From NCBI GenBank assembly GCA_964436545.1, contig CAYTCJ010000006.1:4729-68728 (forward strand): a DNA stretch of 64,000 bases, given 5' to 3'. Position 1 is the stretch's first letter; each line of letters begins with the position of its first letter. This DNA is from an uncultured Candidatus Saccharibacteria bacterium. Its GTDB lineage: Bacteria > Patescibacteriota > Doudnabacteria > UBA920. Below, in pieces: positions 1 to 9,923 of the stretch. Made by a program: the position numbers and the translations under genes. The notes under the pieces were generated by a model. The model saw nothing but the letters and a program-made list of their open reading frames with translations, ran no database searches and was not told the DNA's origin.

Positions 1-240
1 CCCCCTCTTAATCTCCCCCATCAAGGGGGAGAAATAAAGCAGAGAAATTGATCTTCCCCATCAAGGGGGAGAAAACAAGCAAGAAAACCTTGCAATTTAT
101 CTCCCTCAGAGTGTATCTAATGTGCGGAAGGTTTAATTAGCTTATTCCCTCCTCTTTGTAGGGAGAGTTAGAGCTTGCCCCGTACTTGATACAGGGGGAG
201 GGGGATTTTGTAGTTTTCCTCCCATGGATATGGGGAGGAC
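1..240. repeat. cluster of short GC-rich hairpin repeats (TCCCCC-atcaa-GGGGGA type); near-identical 24-bp direct copies at 10-33 and 50-73; further hairpins ~217-239
   Basis: Inverted repeats of C-runs/G-runs read directly; GC-rich relative to AT-rich flanks; window edge may truncate. Confidence 0.6.
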
Positions 241-254
241 TAAGGAGGGGTTGA

Positions 255-581
255 CTATTTTAGATATCCCATTATTTTTAAAACTACACCCTCTCTATTT
301 TCTAACACTTCATTATTCCAAAACCTTAAAACTTTAAAACCTTGTTCTTCAAGCCATACATCCCTAACTTTATCATCCTCATTTTGATAATGCTGTCCGC
401 CGTCCAGTTCAATTATAAGCTTTTTTTCATAAGCTACAAAATCGACAATATAACTTCCTATTGGTTCCTGCCTTCGAAATTTATAACCTAAATTTTCCGC
501 CCGCAGTACATACCACAAATATTTTTCGGCATCTGTAAGATTATTTCTAAGCTTGCGTGATAAGATTGTTTTGTTATTCAT
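255..581 (-). CDS. DUF559 endonuclease-domain protein (Vsr-like fold)
   Basis: Motifs EKYLW..L....GYKFRRQ.PIG.YIVDF....KL.IELDGG.H.....D..R...L...G..VLRFWN.EV typical of DUF559. Confidence 0.8.
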   Translation of the reverse strand: MNNKTILSRKLRNNLTDAEKYLWYVLRAENLGYKFRRQEPIGSYIVDFVAYEKKLIIELDGGQHYQNEDDKVRDVWLEEQGFKVLRFWNNEVLENREGVVLKIMGYLK

Positions 582-586
582 TCTTA

Positions 587-618
587 CCCCTCCCTATCCC
601 TCCCCATAAAGGGGAGGG
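587..618. repeat. family-B GC hairpin element CCCTCCCTATCCCTCCCC-ataaa-GGGGAGGG (intergenic copy)
   Basis: Perfect 8-bp stem; same 33-bp motif recurs (rc) at 5838-5871 and 39834-39866. Confidence 0.7.
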
Positions 619-642
619 AACCAAGTAATAAAGATCTATTGA

Positions 643-1809
643 TTATTCAGACTTCACTTCTTCTTTTGCGACCTCCGATATTCCTTCTGACTGATCGGCT
701 GATTCGCTGATCGGCTGATTCGCTGATTCAATCTTCTCTCCATTAATATCTATTTTCCAGCCGGTAAGCCGAGCAGCGAGGCGGACATTTTGCCCCGCTT
801 TACCAATGGCTAAAGACAACTGATCTTCCATCACGCCCACTTTCGCTTCTTTGGTTTCTTCGTTTAATTGCACGTTTAAAATTTTTGCCGGAGACAAACT
901 ATTGGCAATAAATTTTACCGCATCGTCGCTATATTCAATAATATCAATTTTTTCCCCGCCCAATTCCGCCATAACCGTTTGCACGCGACTCCCTTTTTGC
1001 CCCACGCAAGCCCCAATGGGGTCTATGCCGTCTTGGTTGGCAATTACCGCAATCTTGCTTCGGCTACCGGCTTCCCGAGCAACAGATTTAATTTCCACAC
1101 TTCCGCTATAAATTTCCGGCACTTCAATTTCAAATAATTTTCGGACCATATCCGGATGGCAACGAGACAGAGTAATCTTTGGACCTTTTGCCGCCGGTTC
1201 CACATGCAAAATTAAAACTTTAAGTCTTTGTCCAATAGTATATCTTTCGCCTCGAATTTGTTCGGAAGGAAACAAAACTCCCACCGACTTACCCAAATCC
1301 ACCAGCACGGTATCGCCCTCAATTCTTTGAATAATGCCGTTTTGCAAAGTGCGTTCTTTGGCTTTAAAATCGGAAAATTGCATATTGCGTTCCGCTTCTC
1401 TTAATTTCTGAATAATTACTTGTTTAGCGGTTTGCGCGGCAATGCGACCAAAATTGGTGCCACTCTTGGGTGTAATGTCGGTTTTAATAACCTCGCCCAC
1501 TTTATAGCTTTTTTTAATTTTTCTGGCTTCTTCCAAAGCAATTTGCTTCTGCGGATCGAATACCACTTCTGCGTCCGGATTTTCCAAACTTGCTTGCACA
1601 AACTCATCACTTACCACTTCTTTGACATCAAAAACTTTAACCGATAAATTTTCCGGACTAAATTCTACCTGCACGTTTTGTTCTTTAGTGCCATAATCTT
1701 TTCTAAAGGCTGCGGCTAAAGAAATTTCTATCATACCTAAAATTTCGGCGCGGGAAATACCTTTTTCTTCTTCAATTTGTCTTAAGGCTTGTTCTAATTG
1801 ATCGTTCAT
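643..1809 (-). CDS. nusA: transcription termination/antitermination factor NusA
   Basis: N-terminal NusA domain, S1 and KH regions recognisable (e.g. QIALEEARKIK, GACVGQKGSRVQ); acidic C-tail with 16-bp tandem repeat at 695-730. Confidence 0.9.
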   Translation of the reverse strand: MNDQLEQALRQIEEEKGISRAEILGMIEISLAAAFRKDYGTKEQNVQVEFSPENLSVKVFDVKEVVSDEFVQASLENPDAEVVFDPQKQIALEEARKIKKSYKVGEVIKTDITPKSGTNFGRIAAQTAKQVIIQKLREAERNMQFSDFKAKERTLQNGIIQRIEGDTVLVDLGKSVGVLFPSEQIRGERYTIGQRLKVLILHVEPAAKGPKITLSRCHPDMVRKLFEIEVPEIYSGSVEIKSVAREAGSRSKIAVIANQDGIDPIGACVGQKGSRVQTVMAELGGEKIDIIEYSDDAVKFIANSLSPAKILNVQLNEETKEAKVGVMEDQLSLAIGKAGQNVRLAARLTGWKIDINGEKIESANQPISESADQSEGISEVAKEEVKSE

Positions 1810-1982
1810 AAGTTTAGTGATTAGTGCTTAGTAGTTAGTAAAATCTTATTTGTCGTATTAGATTTATTTGTCCTATCTGACCGATTGGTCTTATTATTTT
1901 TGTTTTCCCCTTTTCTCTCCCGCCTGCCATCGCCTACGGCTCAGGCCAATGGCGGGCAGGCTTTAATCCCATTCAACCTATT

Positions 1983-3056
1983 TTAATTAGTGAGTTTAAA
2001 TGTTGAGAGAATTTTTAAAACATCTCCAGAGTTATGTTCAGCGCCCCAAACTAAAACTGCAAAATAAACCCTATTATTATTGCCTGGAGCATAATAAATT
2101 TCAAATTGTCCGCCTGGGCCAGATAAAACTTTATTATAGTGGGTAAAATTTACAATTTTTTTACTTTCAATTTTTGTCTCCATCGCACCTTCCCAATTTA
2201 GCTGACCTTCAACAATACTCGCATTTAAATTCGTAATTTCTTTCTCATAAGTTACCGCAGTCAAGTTTCTTTTCTGAATCTGTATTTTAATACCTAACGG
2301 ATTACCTCGTTCATACTTGGCATCGTCAGCATTATAATTTACCAGATTATGTTCTCCCCAAACCCTAAAGTTTGTTGGGTATTTTATTTCATACCCATCC
2401 TTCATATTGGTATAAGTCTTCCAATTAGATGCTTCAGCTTGATCTGTAAATTTAAAAGTAGAAAGAATTTTGGGAATCTCAAAATTTATTTTACTTACAT
2501 CCTCAGGTAAAGCATTAAAATGAGTGTAAGTGCTGTAATAGTAAACCCTATCTTTATCTTCAGTAATTTTTCCATCAACTGTGCTGACATTACTTTTATC
2601 CTTATTTACCACCATAATGGAAAAGGGTGCCACGTACCCACAAACTTCATCGGTTACTTGCATAACACACTTAGTTTTATCAACCGTTGGCACCGCAAAC
2701 TGTAAAAACGTTGCCGAACCCACACCTTGACTGCCTTCAGAAGAAAAAACTTTATACCCTTTCCACGCATCGGTTAAAGTCAACTCAAAACCAAATTTCT
2801 CGTTTTGGTAAGTCTGCCAACTTTTAACAACATTCCGGTCACTCTCTTCTAAGCTTTCCGGTTTGGGTAATAATGGCTTGTTTTCTACCACCGGACTCAC
2901 CACCGGTTTGGCGGTTAATAAATACACAATTGCCACCAATAACATAACAATTACTCCCAAAAGGCTAATGATGATTGGTTTATTAATTGTAGCTTGGGCC
3001 TTAACTAAATTTTGCTCAACAGGATTTTGATTATCCATAAATTTTTTTAACTCCAA
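1983..3056 (-). CDS. hypothetical membrane-anchored secreted protein with internal domain duplication
   Basis: N-terminal TM helix; two homologous halves ending ILSTFKFT / ILSTFKLTN. Confidence 0.5.
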   Translation of the reverse strand: MELKKFMDNQNPVEQNLVKAQATINKPIIISLLGVIVMLLVAIVYLLTAKPVVSPVVENKPLLPKPESLEESDRNVVKSWQTYQNEKFGFELTLTDAWKGYKVFSSEGSQGVGSATFLQFAVPTVDKTKCVMQVTDEVCGYVAPFSIMVVNKDKSNVSTVDGKITEDKDRVYYYSTYTHFNALPEDVSKINFEIPKILSTFKFTDQAEASNWKTYTNMKDGYEIKYPTNFRVWGEHNLVNYNADDAKYERGNPLGIKIQIQKRNLTAVTYEKEITNLNASIVEGQLNWEGAMETKIESKKIVNFTHYNKVLSGPGGQFEIYYAPGNNNRVYFAVLVWGAEHNSGDVLKILSTFKLTN

Positions 3057-3202
3057 ATCTATCTAATCTTTCCAAATTTTTCCCTTCGGATTATTCGGAT
3101 ATAATTTTTCGGATTAGGATCGGTTAATTTAATAAAAAAGATGAGCACGCGCTCATCATTATACTCTTCAATCATCTGTGCTGTCTGTATAACCCTTCAA
3201 AC

Positions 3203-3703
3203 TCAATTCCAGTCCTCTACCACACTTGAGTAAATTTTAACAGATTCAAGAATCTTGTCAACCCCGTTAGAGGCAGGTTGCCCTAGAGCAACCGTAGACA
3301 TGCCAGAGACATGTCGGCCTCTAACGGGGTCAATACCCCTCATAATTACTACGCACACATCTATTTGAGGATTAAGCTCTTTATATTGCTGATTTTGGAT
3401 TAAAAATATTTTAACCGCTTTGAGTATTTTTCTTTGCTTATAAATATCTACGGCATCTAAAGCGTTGCCAAAAAAACCTTTTTCTTCCGCTCTTGTTTTT
3501 ACCTCAACAAATATTATCTTGTTTCCCTGCGTTGCAATAAAATCTATTTCACCTAACCGTTTACCTTTCTTATTATACTCGTTCTGTGCAATAATTTTAT
3601 ATCCTAATTTTTTATATTCTGCCTGAGCCAACTCTTCACCCAGTTGTCCTAAAGTTTTAGGCTTAGCTATGCCCTGAGGAGACTTTTTAAACCAATTTAA
3701 CAT
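3203..3703 (-). CDS. YraN family (UPF0102) endonuclease carrying an in-frame 77-bp palindromic insertion
   Basis: GEIDFIA..G..IIFVEVKTR motif; about 25 extra residues DPVRGRHVSGMSTVALGQPASNGVD encoded by the palindromic element. Confidence 0.75.
   Translation of the reverse strand: MLNWFKKSPQGIAKPKTLGQLGEELAQAEYKKLGYKIIAQNEYNKKGKRLGEIDFIATQGNKIIFVEVKTRAEEKGFFGNALDAVDIYKQRKILKAVKIFLIQNQQYKELNPQIDVCVVIMRGIDPVRGRHVSGMSTVALGQPASNGVDKILESVKIYSSVVEDWN
3257..3333. repeat. family-A palindromic element (GTCAACCCCGTTAGAGG...CCTCTAACGGGGTCAA), in-frame inside yraN-like gene
   Basis: 17-bp terminal inverted repeats plus internal GACATG..CATGTC hairpin; second copy at 10194-10271. Confidence 0.8.
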
Positions 3704-3712
3704 AAGAACAGC

Positions 3713-3790
3713 GTTTAGGCTTTAGCGTTTAGTAAGTAGCCAAAACTGTATAATATTCCGGCTAAACGCTACTTACTACTTACTAAATGC
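3713..3790. repeat. intergenic imperfect inverted repeat built from TAGTAAGTAG / CTACTTACTA and GCGTTTAG / CTAAACGC blocks
   Basis: Read directly; related GTAAGT/ACTTAC low-complexity blocks recur in other intergenic spacers. Confidence 0.5.
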
Positions 3791-4194
3791 TATTTTGGTA
3801 AGTACTTTATTTTTACCTGCTCTTTTTCCCACTGAAGTTTGTCTGTTTGGTAAGTTTTTATTCCTCTAAAAATTAAGGCCCCTAACCAAACTAAAAATAT
3901 TAAGAGTAATAAAATTGCCAAAAAATGCGAACCAAAAAATCTTACTAGCTGTACTCGCGCGCCATACCACACAATTTGCGCTAAACCTAAAAACAAAAAT
4001 GGACCAAACAACTTACCCCGCAATTTGGCATCAATGGGGCTTAGAGCAAATTTTTGGGCTAACTTTAAAATGCCGGCAATAATTAAAGCCACCAAACCTA
4101 AAAATAAAAATAATTTATCTATAGGCTCCACTTGAACTCGGTTAATTTGAAACAAAAATTGTGAAGTAAAAATTGTTTTTAACATAGTTTTCAA
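3790..4194 (-). CDS. hypothetical integral membrane protein (4 predicted TM helices)
   Basis: Hydrophobic segments in translation; no recognisable family. Confidence 0.4.
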   Translation of the reverse strand: MKTMLKTIFTSQFLFQINRVQVEPIDKLFLFLGLVALIIAGILKLAQKFALSPIDAKLRGKLFGPFLFLGLAQIVWYGARVQLVRFFGSHFLAILLLLIFLVWLGALIFRGIKTYQTDKLQWEKEQVKIKYLPK

Positions 4195-4299
4195 CTATAC
4201 AAATTAGTCAAATCAACAAATGTTTACAAATAAATTAAACAAAAACATTTGGTATCCGTAAGTATTTGTAAATTTGTTTTCATTCGCGGATTTGAAAAA

Positions 4300-4833
4300 T
4301 TATTTTAAAAATAACACAGCGTAATGATACCCATCGGCTTCTAAATCTTTCCCTTTTCTAAAGCCTGCTTTCATTAATACCATTTCCGCCATAGTTTGGT
4401 CAAGTCGGTTTTGCATAGGCGGACCAATGGGAGAAAGTTCCTTTTTCCATTCAATTACCACAATTTTCCCCCCGGTTTTAAGGATTCTATACGCATTCTT
4501 TAACAACATTTCTCTGCCTTGGCCAATTTCGTGCATAATATTACTTAACACCACCATATTAACGCTATCGGCTTCTATATCTAAAAGCGGTTTGGCTAAA
4601 TCCGCTCTTACCACTTTAATGTTTCTGTAACCATATTGGTTAGCAATAGAAATGGTGGCAGCGAGTTTACTCTCTTGCACATCTACAGCAATTACCGCAC
4701 CTTCCGGACCGGCTAATTGAGCCGAAGGCAAAACATAAAAGCCATTACCACAGCCGAGGTCAGCCACCACTTCCCCGCGCATGAGTCCGGTTTGGGCAAT
4801 GATTGAAGATGGGTTAATAAATTTTGTTAACAT
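4300..4833 (-). CDS. class I SAM-dependent methyltransferase
   Basis: Motif I VADLGCGNGFY and downstream methyltransferase fold motifs. Confidence 0.75.
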   Translation of the reverse strand: MLTKFINPSSIIAQTGLMRGEVVADLGCGNGFYVLPSAQLAGPEGAVIAVDVQESKLAATISIANQYGYRNIKVVRADLAKPLLDIEADSVNMVVLSNIMHEIGQGREMLLKNAYRILKTGGKIVVIEWKKELSPIGPPMQNRLDQTMAEMVLMKAGFRKGKDLEADGYHYAVLFLK

Positions 4834-4906
4834 TTTGATTTTATCTAAGTCTTATGAGCTCTATCCGACTTATTAGTCTTCAATTTAATTTGAACATATT
4901 GTGAAA

Positions 4907-5197
4907 TTATGTTTCTATATCTTCCTGAGCAGAAACTGCCATGTCAACAGCTAAACTTTCTAATCTACCATACTCGGACATAAGAGCTTGTTGTCTTTCT
5001 TCGAGACTGGCTTTAATAGATTTTCTTTTATATTCAGCTTCAGTTAAATCCTTAAAACTTGGCGCTACGCTCTGTCCAGAAAAAGCTAATTCACTTGCCA
5101 TCCTGGATTCACTAAACCGGCTAGCCAAAGGCATTGTGGAAATTTCGCCAATCAACTCACTAATTTTTTGAATAGCTTCCTGCAGAGGCCTTCCCAC
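4907..5197 (-). CDS. hypothetical small protein (GTG start); possibly 5'-truncated by a frameshift at a T9/A9 homopolymer 5215-5223
   Basis: ORF track; upstream ATG at 5288 in the -1 frame terminates within the homopolymer region. Confidence 0.35.
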   Translation of the reverse strand: MGRPLQEAIQKISELIGEISTMPLASRFSESRMASELAFSGQSVAPSFKDLTEAEYKRKSIKASLEERQQALMSEYGRLESLAVDMAVSAQEDIET

Positions 5198-5308
5198 AGG
5201 TCCTTCTTCAAATCTTTTTTTTTGCTTCTATAACATAAGGAGGTTCAATTTCCCTTACTCCTACTCCTATTTCTATTTTTGGAGTCATGTGATTTTTTAT
5301 TAATCAAA

Positions 5309-6199
5309 CTAATTTATTTCTTGATACAGTTTTTGTATAGCAATAGCCTTGCTGTCATTTCCAATTTCCACTAGCACCCCATTAATACCCATAGCCCCAG
5401 TCTCTTCCAGTTCATTCACAAATTTGGCATTAGGATCTAAAAATTTTACTAAAGCGTTTTCAAATTTTACACCCAAAGCGCTGTCCCGACTGCCAGTCAT
5501 GCCCACATCACTAACATAAGCAGTGCCGTTCTTCATTATATGCGCATCGGCAGTAGCCACATGCGTATGCGTCCCTACCACCACCGACACTCTACCATCT
5601 ACATAAAAACCCAGAGTCTTTTTTTCACTGGTAGCTTCGGCGTGGAAATCTATAAATATTATATCACCTTTTTGCGCTTCGTTCTTAAGTAACTTATCCA
5701 CTTCCCAAAACGGATTACCCAGCTTCCCATCAAAAAACTTTTCACAAAATACCTGCCCGTGAAGGTTAATAACTAGGAATTGTTGATTTTTCATCCTCCC
5801 CTCGCCCTGCTCATCAAGGAAGGGGGAAGATTTTTTTCCCTCCCCTTGGTGGGGAGGGATAGGGAGGGGGGTCAAATTTTTACTAAACCTATAGTACCCA
5901 AACCCGGGAAAACTACCTTCCAAATTAGCCGGACGAATCAGTTTTGGGTATTGTTCAAAACTGACTTTGGCTAATTCCGCTTTATCGAAAATATGATTGC
6001 CGGAAGTAAAACAATCTACTCCTAAGCTGTCAATTTCCGCTAAGGTGGAAGGCGTAACCCCTTTCCCGTGCGCAAGATTTTCTACGTTGATAATGGTGAC
6101 GTCTGGCTGATATTTTTCTTTCCACATAGGCAAAACCTGGGCGAGAATGTTTCGTCCAGGTTTACCCACCACATCACCGATGAATAAGATTTTTGCCAT
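5309..6199 (-). CDS. TIGR00282/YmdB-like metallophosphoesterase with in-frame GC-hairpin insertion
   Basis: MAKILFIGDVVG...GNH...THTHV motifs; extra segment PLPIPPHQGEGKKSSPFLDEQGEG encoded by 5795-5871. Confidence 0.8.
   Translation of the reverse strand: MAKILFIGDVVGKPGRNILAQVLPMWKEKYQPDVTIINVENLAHGKGVTPSTLAEIDSLGVDCFTSGNHIFDKAELAKVSFEQYPKLIRPANLEGSFPGFGYYRFSKNLTPLPIPPHQGEGKKSSPFLDEQGEGRMKNQQFLVINLHGQVFCEKFFDGKLGNPFWEVDKLLKNEAQKGDIIFIDFHAEATSEKKTLGFYVDGRVSVVVGTHTHVATADAHIMKNGTAYVSDVGMTGSRDSALGVKFENALVKFLDPNAKFVNELEETGAMGINGVLVEIGNDSKAIAIQKLYQEIN
5795..5871. repeat. composite family-B GC hairpin element inside ymdB-like CDS (core CCCTCCCC-ttggt-GGGGAGGG at 5838-5858)
   Basis: rc of 5838-5871 is near-identical to intergenic element 587-618. 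Confidence 0.75.
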
Positions 6200-6236
6200 T
6201 TATATTCCACTAATTCACCAATAATTACGAATCACA

Positions 6237-6617
6237 CTAATTTACTACCCTTTTCGTTAATACACCTTTTTTTGAAAAAATTAACAATATTCCTAATTTT
6301 ACACTATTTGACTTCAGATACCCGTAAACCTGCCTAATGTGTTGCGGATATATTTCATTAGCCACCTTAAGCTCTACAACTATTTTTGCATCATCCTTTA
6401 CTAACAAAAAATCTAAATAATATCTACCAATGGATTTTCCTCCTACTTCTAAAGGAGTCAAAAGTTGCTCAGTAACTTTAAACCCCAAATCGACAAAAGC
6501 ATTCTTTAATCCACGATAGTAATATTTCTCCTGATATCCATAACCTAATTCATTAAAAACTTTTATGGCAGCACCTACTATCTCATAACTTTTTTCTTTA
6601 TAAATAAGCTCTGCCAT
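6237..6617 (-). CDS. GxxExxY protein (PD-(D/E)XK-like)
   Basis: YEIVGAAIKVFNELG ... ELKVANEI...Y signature. Confidence 0.75.
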   Translation of the reverse strand: MAELIYKEKSYEIVGAAIKVFNELGYGYQEKYYYRGLKNAFVDLGFKVTEQLLTPLEVGGKSIGRYYLDFLLVKDDAKIVVELKVANEIYPQHIRQVYGYLKSNSVKLGILLIFSKKGVLTKRVVN

Positions 6618-6661
6618 TTTTCGTGTTATTAGTGTTAATTCGTGAATTAGTGGATTATCAA

Positions 6662-8239
6662 TTACCTCGCATATTCTATTACTCTAGTTTCCCTAATCAC
6701 ATGCACTTTAATTTCCCCAGGGAATTTGAGTTCGTTCTGAATTTGATTGGCAATATCTCTAGCCATTTTTTGTGCACCAAAATCATCAACTCTTTCCGGA
6801 AACACAAACACACGAAGCTCTCGCCCGCCTTGAATGGCATAAGTTTTTTGCACACCTTCGTAACCGTTGGCAATATTTTCCAAGTCCGTAAGCCGTTTAA
6901 TATAGTTTTCCAAACTGTCTTTACGAGCCCCCGGACGACTTCCGGAAATATTATCGCACACGTCCACAATTACCGCTTCAATACTGGTAGCTCTCTGGGC
7001 CTTCCCCGATACATCGGTATCGTGGTGATGGCTGGCAATGGCCTCTTTGATTCTTTCGTCTAAACTGAATTTCTCCGCAATCTTCACGCCTAATTCCACA
7101 TGACTACCTTCCAAATCTTGGTCCAAAGCTTTGCCAATATCGTGAAGGAGCGCGCCTTGTTTAACAATATTTACATCCGCGCCTAATTCTTCGGCGAGCA
7201 ATGCGCCAATTTTGGCCATTTCCACACTGTGCCTTAAAATATTTTGCCCATAAGAGGTTCTAAACAACATCCTCCCCACCAAATGCACTAATTTTGGAGG
7301 GAAATTGGTAATACCCAATTCGTAAACGGCTTGTTCGCCGGCTTGTTTAATTTGCTCATTAATTTCCGCCTTGCTCTTCTCATAAGCCTCTTCTATTCTG
7401 GCCGGATGAATTCTGCCATCTACTAATAACTTTTCTAAAGTTAATTTGGCAATATGCCTTCTAATGGCATTAAAGCCCGAGAGCACCACGGTGTCCGGCG
7501 AATCATCTATTAAAATCTCCACGCCCATCATTTGTTCAAAAGCGCGAATATTTCTGCCTTCTTTACCAATAATTCTCCCTTTCATTTCTTCGCTGGGAAT
7601 TTGCACTACCGTGGTAGTAACTTCATTCGTCACTTCGCTCGATACTCTTTCCAAAGCTTGAGCGACTAAATCCCTCGCTTCTTTGTCTGCGGTTTCATAA
7701 GCTTCATTGAGTAATTTCTTTTGCAGATCCGCCATTTCCTCTCTCACCAATTTTTCCGCATTTTCCAAAAGTACTTTTTTGGCGTCTTCTCTGGAAAGTC
7801 CGGCAATTTTTTCCAAATTTTCCAACTGTTTTTGCTTGACCTGTTTGATTTCTTCTTGCAAAACTTTAATTTCTTCTTGCTTGTGTTCAATGTCTTGCTT
7901 GGCTTTGTCCAAATTTAAAGATTTGGTTTCCAAATCTTTTTCTTTTCTATCGACTCTTTCTTCAAACCTTACCATTTGCGCTCGAAAATCCATTTCTTGC
8001 TTTTTGGCACTCTCCACCATTTCCAAAGACTTGGCTTTGGCCTCTAACAGCATTTCTTTTTCTTTATTTTTTGCCTCATCTAAAATTCTTTCAGCCTTGG
8101 CTTCCGCGCTTCCAATTTTTTTGCCTGCCAAATGCTGACGAATGGCATAGCCTATCCCAATCCCTAACACAGTACCAACCACTAAATACATAAGCATTAA
8201 CATAAAAAATACCTTACATCGGCAATGTAAAGCTGGCAA
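6662..8239 (-). CDS. rny: ribonuclease Y (alternative start at 8203)
   Basis: N-terminal TM, long coiled coil, KH domain (GRIIGKEGRNIR), HD domain (LLHDIGK...HH). Confidence 0.9.
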   Translation of the reverse strand: MPALHCRCKVFFMLMLMYLVVGTVLGIGIGYAIRQHLAGKKIGSAEAKAERILDEAKNKEKEMLLEAKAKSLEMVESAKKQEMDFRAQMVRFEERVDRKEKDLETKSLNLDKAKQDIEHKQEEIKVLQEEIKQVKQKQLENLEKIAGLSREDAKKVLLENAEKLVREEMADLQKKLLNEAYETADKEARDLVAQALERVSSEVTNEVTTTVVQIPSEEMKGRIIGKEGRNIRAFEQMMGVEILIDDSPDTVVLSGFNAIRRHIAKLTLEKLLVDGRIHPARIEEAYEKSKAEINEQIKQAGEQAVYELGITNFPPKLVHLVGRMLFRTSYGQNILRHSVEMAKIGALLAEELGADVNIVKQGALLHDIGKALDQDLEGSHVELGVKIAEKFSLDERIKEAIASHHHDTDVSGKAQRATSIEAVIVDVCDNISGSRPGARKDSLENYIKRLTDLENIANGYEGVQKTYAIQGGRELRVFVFPERVDDFGAQKMARDIANQIQNELKFPGEIKVHVIRETRVIEYAR

Positions 8240-8478
8240 TACAAAATTTAACTGAGAACCTCAGTTTAAATAATCTTTTTGAGAACTGGCTCGATTCGGA
8301 AAAATAAAGTTTTCACGGAACTAATCAATAAAAGATAAATTTTGTCTGCTTAAGCCTACCATTGCGGAATTAATCAATAATTACTACTAAAAATAGTATA
8401 CCTAAATTTGTGATTTTCGTCAAACCGGATTATAATAAAAATACTTTGATTCTTTATTCTTAATCTTAAATCTAGCTT

Positions 8479-9063
8479 ATGAAACATATCCTTCCCAAGC
8501 TCAACTACGCTTACTCTGACTTAGAGCCATACATCGATGCCAAAACTATGGAACTGCACCACACCAAACACCACCAAACTTATGTAGATAAATTAAATAC
8601 TGTTTTGGAAAAATATCCGGAACTACAAGGCAAGCCGGTTGAAGAGCTTTTGATGAACATTACCGGTTTAGATGTCCAAGAAGCGGACAAAATCCAGATT
8701 ATAAACCATGGCGGAGGGCACCACAATCACACACTTTTTTGGCAATACTTAAACCCTCAAAATAAAAAAGACGATATGCTTGTGAAAGAAATATCATCTC
8801 TTTTTGGATCTATTGAAGATTTTAAAAAACAATTTTCAGATTCTGCTCTAAAAGTTTTCGGCTCAGGCTGGACTTGGCTGGTTCGAAATGGTTCAAATTC
8901 CAAACTTGAGATTAAAAATTTTCCTAACCAAGACTCGCCTTTGATGTCGGGTTTTCAACCGATACTTGGACTAGATGTTTGGGAACACGCCTATTATTTA
9001 AAATATCAAAACAAAAGAGCGGAATATATTGAAAACTGGTGGAAGGTAATTAAGGCGCTCTGA
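8479..9063 (+). CDS. sodA: Fe/Mn superoxide dismutase
   Basis: LPKLNYAYSDLEPYIDAKTMELHHTKHHQTYV, DVWEHAYY motifs. Confidence 0.9.
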   Translation: MKHILPKLNYAYSDLEPYIDAKTMELHHTKHHQTYVDKLNTVLEKYPELQGKPVEELLMNITGLDVQEADKIQIINHGGGHHNHTLFWQYLNPQNKKDDMLVKEISSLFGSIEDFKKQFSDSALKVFGSGWTWLVRNGSNSKLEIKNFPNQDSPLMSGFQPILGLDVWEHAYYLKYQNKRAEYIENWWKVIKAL

Positions 9064-9104
9064 TATCAATGAATGTTTTATAAGTAAAAAAACTATTTAC
9101 TCAA

Positions 9105-9368
9105 TTAGATGTTAGGATTTGTGTGATTACCTGCTGTATATAGCCATTCACCCATATCAACTGTGACGTTGCTTAGTACATCTTTTTTCATTAAATGCTT
9201 AGTTTTACCATTGACCCAAAACTGAAAATCTCTTCCACTAATGTTGTGGTTAATAACCACGCCAAACAGACATCGCCTAAGAGCTGTCATTACTGATTCT
9301 GGGACTGTTTCTATACCTATTTCCAGAGAAGCAGGTATTGACTTAAATTCATCCGGATTTCTGTTCAT
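9105..9368 (-). CDS. hypothetical small protein
   Basis: ORF only; no recognisable domain. Confidence 0.3.
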   Translation of the reverse strand: MNRNPDEFKSIPASLEIGIETVPESVMTALRRCLFGVVINHNISGRDFQFWVNGKTKHLMKKDVLSNVTVDMGEWLYTAGNHTNPNI

Positions 9369-9432
9369 AAATTTTTTAATATTTTTTTTAACATACCTAA
9401 TTCTTTAACGCTTGTCAAAAACCTCACAATAT

Positions 9433-9472
9433 AAAACACCCTACTTAGTGTAAGTTTAAGCAGGGTGTTTTT
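9433..9472 (-). terminator. rho-independent terminator hairpin downstream of rplS
   Basis: AAAACACCCT...AGGGTGTTTT 10-bp stem flanked by T/A runs. Confidence 0.6.
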
Positions 9473-9499
9473 ATATTATTGAAACTATTAATCGCTCTA

Positions 9500-9853
9500 C
9501 TATTTTTTCACTACTTTAGTTTTTCTGATTCTCGGATTATTATCTTTTCTTTCTCGGACGTAATACAACTTGGCCTTCCGGACATTGTCTGCCTTTACCA
9601 CTTCTAATTTAGAAATATTAGGTGAATGCAGAGGAAAAATTCTTTCCACCCCCACTCCATGCGAGATTTTTCGCACCATAAAACTGGCGTTGGCACCACT
9701 ACCCCCTTTACGGGCAATTACTAAACCTTCAAAAATTTGAGTTCTCTCTTTACCCCCTTCTTTAATGAGTTGGTGAATTTTTACAGTATTACCCACTCGA
9801 AAATCGGGTAAAGTTTTAAGCTGAGCAGTATCTAAATGTTTTATATAAGGCAT
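9500..9853 (-). CDS. rplS: 50S ribosomal protein L19
   Basis: Full-length similarity to bL19 ([23 protein letters not shown]). Confidence 0.95.
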   Translation of the reverse strand: MPYIKHLDTAQLKTLPDFRVGNTVKIHQLIKEGGKERTQIFEGLVIARKGGSGANASFMVRKISHGVGVERIFPLHSPNISKLEVVKADNVRKAKLYYVRERKDNNPRIRKTKVVKK

Positions 9854-9923
9854 TGGATTATGAAGTATGAATTAAGAAGCAAGAATTATGAATAAGCAAA
9901 ACTTAATTCATAACTCACCCACT

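Noticed and set aside
10-73. Two near-identical 24-bp direct repeats separated by 16 bp, considered as a minimal CRISPR array
   Set aside because: Only two copies, spacer far too short, repeats are themselves hairpins of the GC-hairpin family, and no cas genes are present. Treated as a repeat cluster.
6623-8138. Plus-strand and nested minus-strand ORFs inside rny (6623..7063, 6697..6969, 7446..7661, 7707..8138, 7721..7918)
   Set aside because: They overlap a well-supported RNase Y gene. Low-complexity translations.
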